From Nitrososphaerales archaeon (GTDB lineage: Archaea > Thermoproteota > Nitrososphaeria > Nitrososphaerales > UBA213), in NCBI GenBank assembly GCA_965197925.1, contig CBDAOC010000020.1:32001-96000 (forward strand): a stretch of DNA of 64,000 bases, written 5' to 3'. Below the pieces are notes generated by a model. It was given only the letters and a program-made list of their open reading frames with translations, did no database searches and was not told the DNA's origin. How positions within the stretch are numbered: position 1 is the first letter of the stretch; every line of letters begins with the position of its first letter. Position numbers and translations under genes: made by a program. Shown here piece after piece: positions 8,769-19,000 of the stretch.

Positions 8769-10097
8769 TCATTTGTGCAAGGTACTGGTGATCTTGAATC
8801 GTTTTTCGATGTATTGTTTGACACCCTCACGTTTTCCTTCGGGACAAAATACGTAGAATTTTCTTAAAGGTGCCGAGGATGCGGAAATCTCTCCTTCATC
8901 CTCAAAGAAAGAAGCGGAACCGTCACGTTTCTTCAATAATATAGGCAGTTCATTTTTCTCCGCAAGGTGTTCATAGGGTGTGTATAGTTTGTTTTCCAAT
9001 TTTTGGATATGAACAATTATATGATCTGGATCAATTTTCACTGATCGGGCAATATCCTTTTCCAATTCCAATTTTGACTCGGCGCTCATTTTTATTATCT
9101 TATCTCTAACAGTTCCGTCCTTGATTTCGTCCTTGAATATTCGTACTCCAAACCCCCTTTTCAGTAATCTCCTATTCATGATGTCGTTAATCATTTTTTG
9201 TGAATTTCCTTTTCCATTTCGAGCAATTTCTAGCATGATTGAGGCATCGTCCAATGAATAATAATATTTAAGAAATGCATCAAAGTTCTTCTTCTTTGTA
9301 GGAATTTTTAATTTAGATTTTGGAATTGTTCCATCGGAGACGGCCAACTGAAATGCTCGTAAAAACATGTCATCAGCAACAAGTCGTGTGTGGTGTTCAT
9401 ATACCTGTGTATACATGGAATAGCGTGCCAGCCTATAACCTTCTACCGCTTCTTTTCCTTTATCCGTAATTGCTATATGATGTCCGTCTTCAGTATTAGC
9501 AAGATTTCTAACGATTCTTTCAAGATCGAAAAAACCATAGAATGCGCCAGTATGGTAGGAATCCCTTCTTAGGTAATCAATCTTATCAGCATCAAGATTG
9601 CTAGAAATTATCTCTAGTAGTAGAGAATTGCACTTTTTTCCAAGTGCATTAATCACCAGTTTCTTTAAACCACCTATACCTTTGCTGAATTCAACGTCGG
9701 CATCAATGATAAATTGACTTAAGATTTCATGAGAAAAATTATTTCCGTTAATTTTCCTCATTGGAATTTCAAAAAGATGGGAAAAAGGCCCATGTCCGAC
9801 ATCATGCAGCAAAGCCATCATTCGAACGACCGTCCTGCTCTCATCATCCAAATGTAAAACACGGGCAATTCTGTCAGCTACATGAAGAGTTCCTAGTGAA
9901 TGTTCAAACCTTGCATGAACTGCACTTGGATAGACAACATAAGTATGGGACAGTTGCTTAATCCTAGATAATCTCTGAAATGCCTTTGTTTGAATAACAT
10001 TAACTTCTTGCCTGGTTAATCCAACGAATCCATATAAAGGATCGCGAACAAGCAGGAATTCCCATTTGTCATCATCCTGAACGTGTTTTCTTGTCAA
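8769..10097 (-). CDS. HD-domain phosphohydrolase (SAMHD1/YwfO-like putative dNTPase)
   Basis: 'RDPLYG', 'FQRLSRIKQL', 'HARFEHSLG', 'LLHDVGHGPFSHLFE' and 'DADKIDYLRRDS' motifs. Confidence 0.9.
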   Translation of the reverse strand: MTRKHVQDDDKWEFLLVRDPLYGFVGLTRQEVNVIQTKAFQRLSRIKQLSHTYVVYPSAVHARFEHSLGTLHVADRIARVLHLDDESRTVVRMMALLHDVGHGPFSHLFEIPMRKINGNNFSHEILSQFIIDADVEFSKGIGGLKKLVINALGKKCNSLLLEIISSNLDADKIDYLRRDSYHTGAFYGFFDLERIVRNLANTEDGHHIAITDKGKEAVEGYRLARYSMYTQVYEHHTRLVADDMFLRAFQLAVSDGTIPKSKLKIPTKKKNFDAFLKYYYSLDDASIMLEIARNGKGNSQKMINDIMNRRLLKRGFGVRIFKDEIKDGTVRDKIIKMSAESKLELEKDIARSVKIDPDHIIVHIQKLENKLYTPYEHLAEKNELPILLKKRDGSASFFEDEGEISASSAPLRKFYVFCPEGKREGVKQYIEKRFKITSTLHK

Positions 10098-10419
10098 GAC
10101 CTAGTGCCTCAAGAAGTTTGGAAGCAGTACGTAATGAATTTCTGGATCATTTCCATCCGAGATTCTTCGCAGATCTACTGATGTCTCTATAACTGGATGA
10201 CTTTTCTCTTTTTACAATATAGTTAACTTTGGCAGCGGTGGAAAGTATTTCAGGATCGAGATCTGCGATACGTTTGCATTCATCTACTACTTGGGAAATT
10301 TTCTCATGGAGGTTCGGATAGTTATGCGCCGCACGATTCGCAATAGCTTTACCGTCCTCTGTCAGGGTATACTTGTACATCATTCTCTCCCTATTGGTCA
10401 ACAATCTTTCTTCTAGAAG
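10072..10419 (-). pseudogene. C-terminal half of the YwgA/Panacea-like protein
   Basis: LLEERLLTNRERMMYKYTLTEDGK...ILSTAAKVNY...LGWK. A probable further frameshift near 10150 hides the tail DPENSLRTASKLLEALGL, which overlaps the HD start. Confidence 0.7.
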
Positions 10420-10505
10420 GCGATACAGCAGATTAAAACTATTTTTGAAGACATTCTGCTAATGTAACCAAAACAGTGTGATTTTTAGCAAAACTAAATC
10501 TGTAT

Positions 10506-11204
10506 ATGTTTGTAATTCAGCATACTCTAAAAGTCAAAGACAACTTTAATTATATGGCACAACGACAAATATTTATGGCTTCTAACAAATTTGTGTTTCA
10601 ATGTCCACATTGTAAGGCAAAGTCAACATTTACTTTGATACATAGTATAAGACGAGGACGACGTAGCTATGCTATTCAAAATTGTGATAGTTGTGATAGT
10701 GTTATATTTTTTACCTATGAAACCGATAAAGAACTACCCACTATAATGTTAGAGATTTCGCCAGAATTTTTACATAATAATTATAAAATAATCGATTATT
10801 ACCCTAAACGCTCATACGAAGCACATGAAGCAATACCGTTAAATGTTGCAGAAGACTACATTGAAGCATTACGGTGCTTCGATAATAATGCGTTTAAAGC
10901 CACGGTCGTAATGGCTAGAAGGGCCTTACAAACTACTTGTAATCTTAAAGGTGCTACAAAATCTACACTAGAACAACAGGTAGACGAAATAATACCTGAA
11001 GATATGAAAGAACTAGCGCATGAAATTCGCCAGTGGGGTAACTTAGGAGCACACCCAGACCAAATTATAAAAGACATTATAGACGAAGACGCTGAAAAGA
11101 TTATAGACTTTGCTGAAATGCTGTTTAAACATTTCTTCATCTTACCTTATGAAGTGCAACAAATAAAGAATAAAAGAAATATGAAGAAAGATTCTAAATC
11201 TTGA
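10506..11204 (+). CDS. DUF4145 (HEPN-like) domain protein with N-terminal Zn-ribbon
   Basis: CPHC...CDSC; 'DYIEALRC...ATVVMARRALQ...HEIRQWGNLGAH' (RxxGNxxAH). The true start may be at 10554 or 10575. Confidence 0.85.
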   Translation: MFVIQHTLKVKDNFNYMAQRQIFMASNKFVFQCPHCKAKSTFTLIHSIRRGRRSYAIQNCDSCDSVIFFTYETDKELPTIMLEISPEFLHNNYKIIDYYPKRSYEAHEAIPLNVAEDYIEALRCFDNNAFKATVVMARRALQTTCNLKGATKSTLEQQVDEIIPEDMKELAHEIRQWGNLGAHPDQIIKDIIDEDAEKIIDFAEMLFKHFFILPYEVQQIKNKRNMKKDSKS

Positions 11205-11224
11205 ACAACTTGCGAAGTCATCTT

Positions 11225-11975
11225 AACTCTCCAATGCATTATGGATGCCGCTGGATGCAGAAATCCCATAACGTTTCCGGTAATCCTTCATAGCGTATTG
11301 CCAATCTAACCCCCTCTCCCTTTAGCCATGCGAAGAGCCTCCCAACATATGTTCTGCTCCTTTTGGACGTATTTTCGTCCGACTAACCGTTTCCAAATTT
11401 CTTCTTTGTTAGCAGTCCAGCTATCTTGGCTTTTATCTTATGCAATGAAAGATATGTTTCTACAAAGAATGAATCTCATGCTTTGTCATCTTCAGGTTTA
11501 GTTATCAGTTTATGGAAAGCAGGTATGTTCTTGCAAAGAACGGATCGCATGCTTTATAGGCATAAGCCTCAGGTCTACTTGGTCTTGCACCCGTCCTGAT
11601 TCTTGCGTCCTTCATGACTGGAATGAGCTTTCCGGTATCATGCTCATTCGCCGGACCCAGCAAGATAGATAAGGGAAGGGAATCGCCGTTGACGGCGGCA
11701 CCTTGCTTCCTGATACTTCTTGTTTCCATCATATCCTGCCATCTCTCCTTTCTGGCAGCAACATCACTGCTATCAATAACGGCTACCCTCATCTTCAATT
11801 TACCGGTAATGGATCATAGCTTACTACCGCATCCAATCTCTTCCATATCCCCAATTTTTTCAGCCTTCTGCTAGCTGCAGAATCATCACCGTACTTCTTT
11901 GGCAAATAATCCATCCATCGACATCCCGTTGTCAATATATGCCGTTGATTGTCATCCCATCCCGTCATTTGCTCT
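11225..11975 (-). pseudogene. Degenerate IS5-family transposase remnants (probably two abutting fragments)
   Basis: 'AVIDSSDVAA', 'PLSILLGPANEHD', 'YAYKACD' and 'RLAIRYE' fragments in several frames; boundaries approximate. Confidence 0.7.
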
Positions 11976-12066
11976 ACGCCTACCCGTCCTTGACTTGGAG
12001 GTTATCGTAACCAAGATAAAGAAGAGTCTAAATTCCAACACACGATATCTTGTGATTCCTACAGCT

Positions 12067-12351
12067 ATGACGCAAGATTCCCAGTATCCGTTTCACGAAG
12101 AGGAGGAAGTCATAACAGTCGACTCTGAAAAGAAGCAGTTAATAATTCGGTCTGCAAAGGTAAAAACTGCGATAGAGCTTCAAAACGAAGACGTCAAAGG
12201 AAGAAGTAGGATGGAAAGACTTCCAAATTTCTTCAACATGGTTACTAACATTGGAAGGACGGAGGTCACCCTCAGTTTGATGGAGAAACAAGATATTACC
12301 ATAGAACTGATCAACAAGGGAGGGGAGAAGGGCACGATTAGACAAAAATGA
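12067..12351 (+). CDS. Hypothetical protein
   Basis: 94-aa ORF from the ATG at 12067; the upstream part of the listed ORF overlaps the IS remnant. Confidence 0.5.
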   Translation: MTQDSQYPFHEEEEVITVDSEKKQLIIRSAKVKTAIELQNEDVKGRSRMERLPNFFNMVTNIGRTEVTLSLMEKQDITIELINKGGEKGTIRQK

Positions 12352-12564
12352 AATAATCGTTACCTGCCTTTTCCAGTGTTTCATCGATTTTCACAAGCAA
12401 TGATGCGAACGGCAGAGTATCATATGAAGAATAACAAAACGTTAAGGAAGGCCGTACGTAACAGTCCCGATATAAACTTAAGAATCTGGCGGTATGCGGC
12501 TGATGGATTTCTGTTCAATAGAAGGTTGCTTTTAACCAGTGTTAAAAATCTGTTGCCCAGTAGA

Positions 12565-14484
12565 CTAAATCTCTTGTTCAGAAAGGGCTTTGATTACAGG
12601 ATTTTCTTGCGGTCCACGTTTAAGTACATGATCAAAGTACTCCTTGTATAGATCTTTGGCTCTTCTTAAGACGAAATTCCAATCCCAAACGTAGATCCTA
12701 CTCTGCTTCAATGTTTTTTTGAACTCAGACTGCTTATTATCAACAGCGGAAACAATAATCACTCCCTCTACATTCATTTTGTGTCGGGGATCATTAGTTG
12801 TATTAGCATATTCTCTCAGAAAATGCACGTAGTCGGAAATCTGAGTGAGCTCCCTTTTACCAGCTTTGTCTCCCGGTCTTTTTATTTCTACAACCCGTGC
12901 TTCGTTAGGCGACTGCAAGCAAAAGAAATCTGGTTCAAGACCACCTTCCTTCTGTCCGCTAGGTTTAATATGATATTCCTCCGTCAATAGTTTATCAAGT
13001 TGAGGTTCATGCCTGAATTGATCCCACCCTGGTTCAATAAGCCAAGGATGACTCGAGCAATTCGTGCATGTCTGGTTTCTCCTTTGCCTCTTCATTCAGT
13101 AGTTTTTCAAATTTTTCAATTATCTTAACCCGTCCCTTAATCACTATGGAAAGGCAAATTGCATCCACTATGCTCCAATCGGAAACTATTTGGAAGATTT
13201 TTTTCATATCTTCTGGCGACACCAAATTGATTTGACGAATCAAATCTAGCAAATGCTTGTTTTGAGTAACATCTACCATGAAGGTAGCAAAGTCTACAAC
13301 CTCGTCCTCAGTAAGAGTGGGAATGCGTGAAAACCTGTCAACGGCTTCTTTCACATGTTCCTGAATACCTTCGGGTAGCGTTAAAATTGACTTTTGGATC
13401 CGATCATCTTTATTTACTTTGTTCAAGTTGAGTTCGTGACGGATATCTGACCATCTTGCAAGATACTTTTTTACCTTGTTAACCCCTCATTCTTTCAGCG
13501 GCTCCCCCAACTCATGAGACCATGTTACGCTGGCTCTGTCAGTTACTATGAGATCATGTTCGTCGTCCAGAAAGTCAGCCATAATCTCTCCTATCATATA
13601 CCGCATACCCAGCTGTCCAGTTGCACCGCCCACTAGATCGAAAAACCACGGCGTTTGAGCGATCTTCCCCCTGACCAAAACGCTGATCCCTATAGCATCT
13701 TCGTCTGGAATCGGTTTTTCCGTAAAACCTATCCACCATCTAACTTCTTTGCCACCGATTCTTTCGATTCCCCATCCGTCTTGAATTTTTATCCTTTCTT
13801 TTTCATCCTGTTCGTCGGGAAATAGAACTTGAAGCGGCATATCCATTTTTCTGAGTTCCTTATCATTGATCATGACTTTGAAACTATCCGACATTAATGA
13901 GAACCGTCTCTGCATGCTCTTCATGAATTGTTCTTCGTTCACTGTGCGACTGAGTTTGATGTCTTCAAGAATTATGGAAGTATTGTTTTTTTCAGACGTC
14001 TTTTCATCCTCTAGAATCTCGGGATAATATTCTCCGCCAAACTGCTTTTCCTGTATATCGTTGAAACTCATTTTGAAGGCAGTAACTTTACCGTTCTTCA
14101 CTGTTCGTACTGTTACGTCGTTAGCAATTCCAAATCCAGCTAGTTTGCCTATTCCTTTATGAGCTAGACGTAGGCGACCAATCGCAGTTGTGTTTCCGTC
14201 CTCCGCGCGACCGTTTCTGCCCAAGACTAGGTATTTGCTGTCACAATCGTCAAAAGTCATTCCAACCCATTATCATTTACGATGATCTTGGTGCTGGAAT
14301 TGAACTTTTGTTCAAATGGAAAAGATACCTCAACTCTGGTCGCATCAGCATCCCATGCGTTAGCAATGAGTTCTGCGATGGCGGGCACAGCCCCTGAATA
14401 CATTTGCAATCCCAGATGTTTGACCAGTCCTCCCGCAAATTTCATTGTAAGAACTCTGGCAATTTGGTTCTCCAAAGTACACAT
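12565..14484 (-). pseudogene. GHKL (MORC/HATPase_c_3-like) ATPase fused to a C-terminal PD-(D/E)xK nuclease, inactivated
   Basis: 'ELIANAWDADA', 'DNG.GM', 'HKGIGKLA' and C-terminal 'PDFF...VVEIKRP'. Frameshift near 14265, in-frame TGA at 13487-13489, frameshift near 13050. Confidence 0.8.
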
Positions 14485-14535
14485 GATCGGGGATAGTTCT
14501 ATATAATATTGCCCTTAATGTTAGTAGAGCCTTTC

Positions 14536-14958
14536 TTGATCGACGTATTTTCAAAAGGAAAACGCAGTGAGATAATGAGCAAGATCCGAAGCAAAGGAAC
14601 GAAGCTCGATATTACGATGATGAATATGCTTTCGGAAGCAAACTTGCCTTACGAACTTTATCCGCAGCTCTGTGGAAGCCCAGACTTTCTGGTAGGTCAT
14701 ATAGTAATTTTTTGCGACAGCTCTTTTTGGCACGGTAAGAACTGGAACAAATTAAAAAAGAAACTAGCTAAGGGAAACAACCCTAGCTATTGGGTCTCGC
14801 ACATAGCTAAGAACAGAAGAAGAGACAGGGTCGTATCAGGACTATTGAAGACCGAGGGTTATGGCGTACTACGATTCTGGGACGACGAAATCTACAAACA
14901 CCAAGAGCGATGTGTTGCAGCGATCAAAAAAGAACTCAAATCGTCATGCTCGCAATAA
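14536..14958 (+). CDS. vsr: Very-short-patch repair endonuclease
   Basis: 'DVFSKGKRSEIMSKIRSKGTK', 'GSPDF', 'FCDSSFWHG' and 'VLRFWD' motifs. Confidence 0.9.
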   Translation: MIDVFSKGKRSEIMSKIRSKGTKLDITMMNMLSEANLPYELYPQLCGSPDFLVGHIVIFCDSSFWHGKNWNKLKKKLAKGNNPSYWVSHIAKNRRRDRVVSGLLKTEGYGVLRFWDDEIYKHQERCVAAIKKELKSSCSQ

Positions 14959-16016
14959 TTGGGTAACTTTCAACGCGATCCTCTCAGCCAGAATTACTGG
15001 AACGCCGTCTCCTATCATGGCTCCTATCTCTTCTCTGGTGCCGCTTAACTGATAGTCGTCGGGAATTGTCTGCAATCTAGCAGCTTCACGAGTTGTTATG
15101 GCACGGTCTTGTTCTGGGTGCAAGAACCTGCCGCAGCTCGGCGTTAAGCATCTACTGGTTATCGTTGGAGAAGGCTTGTCCCACCACATCCGTCCGTAGA
15201 CAGATTCGGCGCCCCCGACCCGTAGCGCTTTGTGACAGGGCAGCCAAAGCTTGGGCGGAAGTTCCCTTCTACTGCCTCCGTTCTTGGGAATGTTTCTTAT
15301 TATTTTCATCACTTTCTCTCCGTGTTTGCGTGCCACGTGAAAAGGATCTGTAGGATCGGACTCGCCAGCTTTCAATTTTGGAAGATCGCCGATGACATCT
15401 CTTACAGTTTTTGGAAAGGTTTTTTTCTTATTATTTTGAGCATCCGAGTCTTTTTCAGGAACAGACGGAATCGCGTTAACTTTTTTCTTGCAGGAGAAGG
15501 CAAGTAATCTTCGCCTATTTTGGGGAACGCCATAGTCGGCGGCATTGACAACGCCGTAAACCGTTTCGTAACCGCAACGCCGCATCTTTCTGAGATATCG
15601 TTCAAAAAACATTCTGCCCGGTCCTTCAAACATCCAGAACACGTTTTCAAACACGACTACTTGAGGACGCATCTCTTCCACGCGTCTAGCGAAATCCATC
15701 ACATATTTGCTCCTTGAATCAGTAGACGGTCTTATTCCACGCGTCTCAGAAAGTTTGCTAAATGACTGGCAAGGCGGGCATCCTATTAAGCAAAAGTTCT
15801 CCTTCCTTTTCAATCCAGCTACGGAAAGAATTTCTTCCCCACTAATTTTTGACACGTCTTCTTCGATCGGTCGCACTCCTAGTTTTTAGCGTAGTTTTCG
15901 CACCTGCAATGGTTTATCTCCACCGCAGCTGCGATTTTGAATCCAGCCCGCTTAAAACCCAGCGATGCACATCCGATCCCTGCAAAAAGATCAATCACGG
16001 GAAACCTCTCTATCAT
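14944..16016 (-). pseudogene. dcm: C5-cytosine DNA methyltransferase with a single frameshift
   Basis: 'DLFAGIG', 'GCPPCQSFS', 'ENV', 'YGVPQNRRR' and 'REAARLQT' motifs; the frame breaks at an A5 run (15883-15887). Confidence 0.85.
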
Positions 16017-16236
16017 CGCATCAACTCTTAATTTACCATATGGTTGAAGGAGAGCATTCAAGACTATTTGATGTCAGTACAACTTCCGCGTTTAAAACCT
16101 TTCCTTGTCGTTTAATTGTGAAAACCTAACTCATTTTGAACGTCTTTTTTTTTATCATCGCAACAGCTTCGTTATAGATCTTTTGCTAACTCTCCAAATT
16201 GTTTTTATTTTCTTACATACTCCGTTAGGATATTTG

Positions 16237-16374
16237 TGCCTTGTTGCATAGCCATGAAATCCATTATCGGATAACGAAATTATTCTGTCATTGCGGTGCG
16301 AATCCCCGGACTGCATTTTCAATTATCCAGCCATGAGGCAAAAAATTGCAGGATTTTAGTTGTGCAGCAAGGCA
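16237..16374 (+). mobile_element. MITE copy 3 (138 bp)
   Basis: TGCCTTGTTGCA...TGCAGCAAGGCA. Confidence 0.85.
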
Positions 16375-16433
16375 TGTACGTACTAATTCCTAAAGATAAA
16401 TCCAGGAATATTGCGGTTGAAAATATAGATTAT

Positions 16434-17927
16434 TCATCGAGTTGTCAAGGCCTTGAAGCGCTCATCATTCCTGATACTTTCAAAGCGTGAATCCTTTTTA
16501 GCCAGTTTTATGTATGCCTTGTCAATATCGAATGCTTTCCCTAGATCAGCTAGACATTGTTCGATATTACCATTCTTACTCATAAAGCATGCTTTAATGT
16601 ACCATGCATCGGCACGATTAGGATCAATGGCGATAGCTCCATCGTAGCAACCCAAGGCCTCTCCTTCCCTGCCTAGCTTTTGAAGAGCGTTACCTTTGTT
16701 GTACCATGCATCGGCACGATTAGGATCAATGGCGATAGCTCCATCGTAGCAACCCAAGGCCTCTCCTTCCCTGCCTAGCTTTTGAAGAGCGTTACCTTTG
16801 TTGTACCATGCATCGGCACGATTAGGATCAATGGCGATAGCTCCATCGTAGCAACCCAAGGCCTCTCCTTCCCTGCCTAGCTTTTGAAGAGCGTTACCTT
16901 TGTTGTACCATGCATCGGCACGATTAGGATCAATGGCGATAGCTCCATCGTAGCAACCCAAGGCCTCTCCTTCCCTGCCTAGCTTTTGAAGAGCGTTACC
17001 TTTGTTGTACCATGCATCGGCACGATTAGGATCAATGGCGATAATTTTATCATAGCAGACTAAAGCTTCTTCATCCCTGCCTAGCTTTTGAAGAATGATA
17101 CCTTTGTTGTACCATGCAGAAGTATGATTAGGATCTTGTTCAAGAATGCGATCGTAATGTTCAATGGCTTTTTCATGATTATTTGAATGATAGTAGAAGT
17201 TTCCTAGTCTTAGAAGATAATCACTATCACGCGATACTTTTTCACGCAGGCTTTCTAGTTCTAATCTTAATTTTTCAATCTGTTTATCGCGTTTACTAAT
17301 CTCAAGTTGCGTTTCTTCTGGTATTTCTATTTTATCTTCTTCTTTCAGCTCACTCTTAATTCCCAACGCATTGAAATCTTGATTTTGGACTTGTGTAACC
17401 TCTGTTAGTTTTTGCAAGATTACATTTGTTTTCTGCTTAATTTCTTCCACATTTTGATGAGTTTCCTCAGTTGTTTTCTTCATTTGGTCAACCGCACCCT
17501 TTATTTGGATAACTTCATCCTTCAGTTCATATAATTTCTTATTAGTATCGTTACCAGTACTAATTAGGATATCTCGAATTGTTTTGACCGTGGTTTCTTT
17601 AGCTGCAATCTTCTTGACATCATCAATTTCCACTAGAATGCTGTCCAATTGTATGGTGATTTGATTATAGTGCTGCTCACCTTGTCCCTCAAGATTATTG
17701 AAATAATCTAATACCTCCTTGGTCTTATCCTCTCCAGAACCCTCACAACTGTTATAAATATAGTCTGCTATAATGTTAAAAGGAGGAGGGAGCAAGGGAA
17801 TCGCTATTCTCTTTATGGCATTGTCTAACTTAGCATGATCATTTTTAAATTCTTTAATCTTAGTTCCCGCGTCTTGTTTGAAATCATTCAGTGCCTTTGT
17901 AAATGCATTAAATGATGGAAATCTCAT
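16434..17927 (-). CDS. Coiled-coil plus tetratricopeptide-repeat protein
   Basis: 34-aa repeats 'ADAWYNKGNALQKLGREGEALGCYDGAIAIDPNR'. Confidence 0.92.
   Translation of the reverse strand: MRFPSFNAFTKALNDFKQDAGTKIKEFKNDHAKLDNAIKRIAIPLLPPPFNIIADYIYNSCEGSGEDKTKEVLDYFNNLEGQGEQHYNQITIQLDSILVEIDDVKKIAAKETTVKTIRDILISTGNDTNKKLYELKDEVIQIKGAVDQMKKTTEETHQNVEEIKQKTNVILQKLTEVTQVQNQDFNALGIKSELKEEDKIEIPEETQLEISKRDKQIEKLRLELESLREKVSRDSDYLLRLGNFYYHSNNHEKAIEHYDRILEQDPNHTSAWYNKGIILQKLGRDEEALVCYDKIIAIDPNRADAWYNKGNALQKLGREGEALGCYDGAIAIDPNRADAWYNKGNALQKLGREGEALGCYDGAIAIDPNRADAWYNKGNALQKLGREGEALGCYDGAIAIDPNRADAWYNKGNALQKLGREGEALGCYDGAIAIDPNRADAWYIKACFMSKNGNIEQCLADLGKAFDIDKAYIKLAKKDSRFESIRNDERFKALTTR
16598..17043. 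repeat. Perfect 102-bp tandem repeat (about 4.4 copies) encoding TPRs
   Basis: Identical units begin at 16598, 16700, 16802 and 16904, with a partial unit at 17006. Confidence 0.95.
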
Positions 17928-18624
17928 CTACATTTCATTAAATTATATCTGAACAGATAAAGCTTATGGGATTACCTTCCCCAGCCCCCAAAGAACCCAA
18001 TACGGCCTGACCATTTCCGAAGGGGTCGACAAGAAAATTAATGGTGGCATTGGAACACGGGGTTTCGTCCCAGGATGCCATTAAAACAATGAATAACTTG
18101 ATTTCTAGCACTTTGAAAAAGGAACCAAGAAGATTGGATGAAGTAATGGGAGATGATGTTTTACTTGGACTTCCCCGCTAGGAGACCGATAGGTTCCCTA
18201 ATAGGCGGGCAATCAGAATTGTACAGAAGATTGGGTTACGAATTAGACAAACTAAAAATGGGTTTGCCTTGTGAATAATCCCAATCAACAAAAATATAAT
18301 AAAAAACCAGATATGGTCATGTAGCAGAAAACGGCCCATGATGTTGACGTTATTTGATATTTCTGCCGGGGCCTTTTTAAATTAGTCATAGTATGTAGCA
18401 TGATGTGAAGAGGCAAGAAAGGTGTTCATGACAGAATTCTGGATTCAATTAACAATCATAAATCGACACAAACCCTGATGAATTCCGGTGGTAGATAATC
18501 AGTCAGCCAAACTCTTTCATTCCCAACATAGAACTTTATCTATGATCAAGTGCTTCTTGTCGGCAACATGGATCTTCATAGGAGCAGGTTTATGATCATT
18601 GGTATTTTCAGGTACAAACCTTGG

Positions 18625-18925
18625 TTATAACAATCCCGGGTCTTCTATCAAATCTCTAACCATGTGTCTGTGACAAGGACGGCTATCTTTTTCATAACAA
18701 AGCAAGGTTATGTTTTGCAGTGTGCTTTTTGTATGTAGTGCATAAATTGCCTCCACCGTCCATGTTCTCTCTCAATTCAGACAGTAATGCGGTCTTAAAA
18801 TCATCCCAATTAATTTCAGTATTCTTGTATCTTTTTAGGAGCTCGGCACCTGGAGCTAGTGGCCTTACCCAGACATCATATTTTTCTAGCTTGACACCTC
18901 TTGGGTAAAATCGTGTAATCAACAC
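18625..18925 (-). pseudogene. DUF488/YeaO-like protein, frameshifted
   Basis: 'LITRFYPRGVK...YDVWVRPLAPGAELL'; 'LLCYEK...CHRH' continues in another frame. Confidence 0.7.
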
Positions 18926-19000
18926 CTGGCTCTGGCAACAACTGGTTTTTTTACGTGCTTTTGAAATACCCCCGAGGACACATATTTTTTGCCTTTACAA

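Larger units (their letters stand above)
5395..10419. mobile_element. Putative integrated, circularly permuted ~5.0-kb module bounded by the direct repeat TCTAGAAG
   Basis: TCTAGAAG at 5395-5402 and 10412-10419. The two halves of one gene sit at opposite ends and rejoin in frame across the repeat. Confidence 0.65.

Noticed and set aside
5395..10419. XbaI (TCTAGA) cloning chimera
   Set aside because: Other TCTAGA sites lie inside uninterrupted genes (for example in rpoB near 29340), and a digest of linear DNA would not permute the gene halves. Mis-assembly still needs a read check.
16598..17043. Tandem repeat as a CRISPR array
   Set aside because: 102-bp head-to-tail units with no spacers, in frame within a TPR gene.
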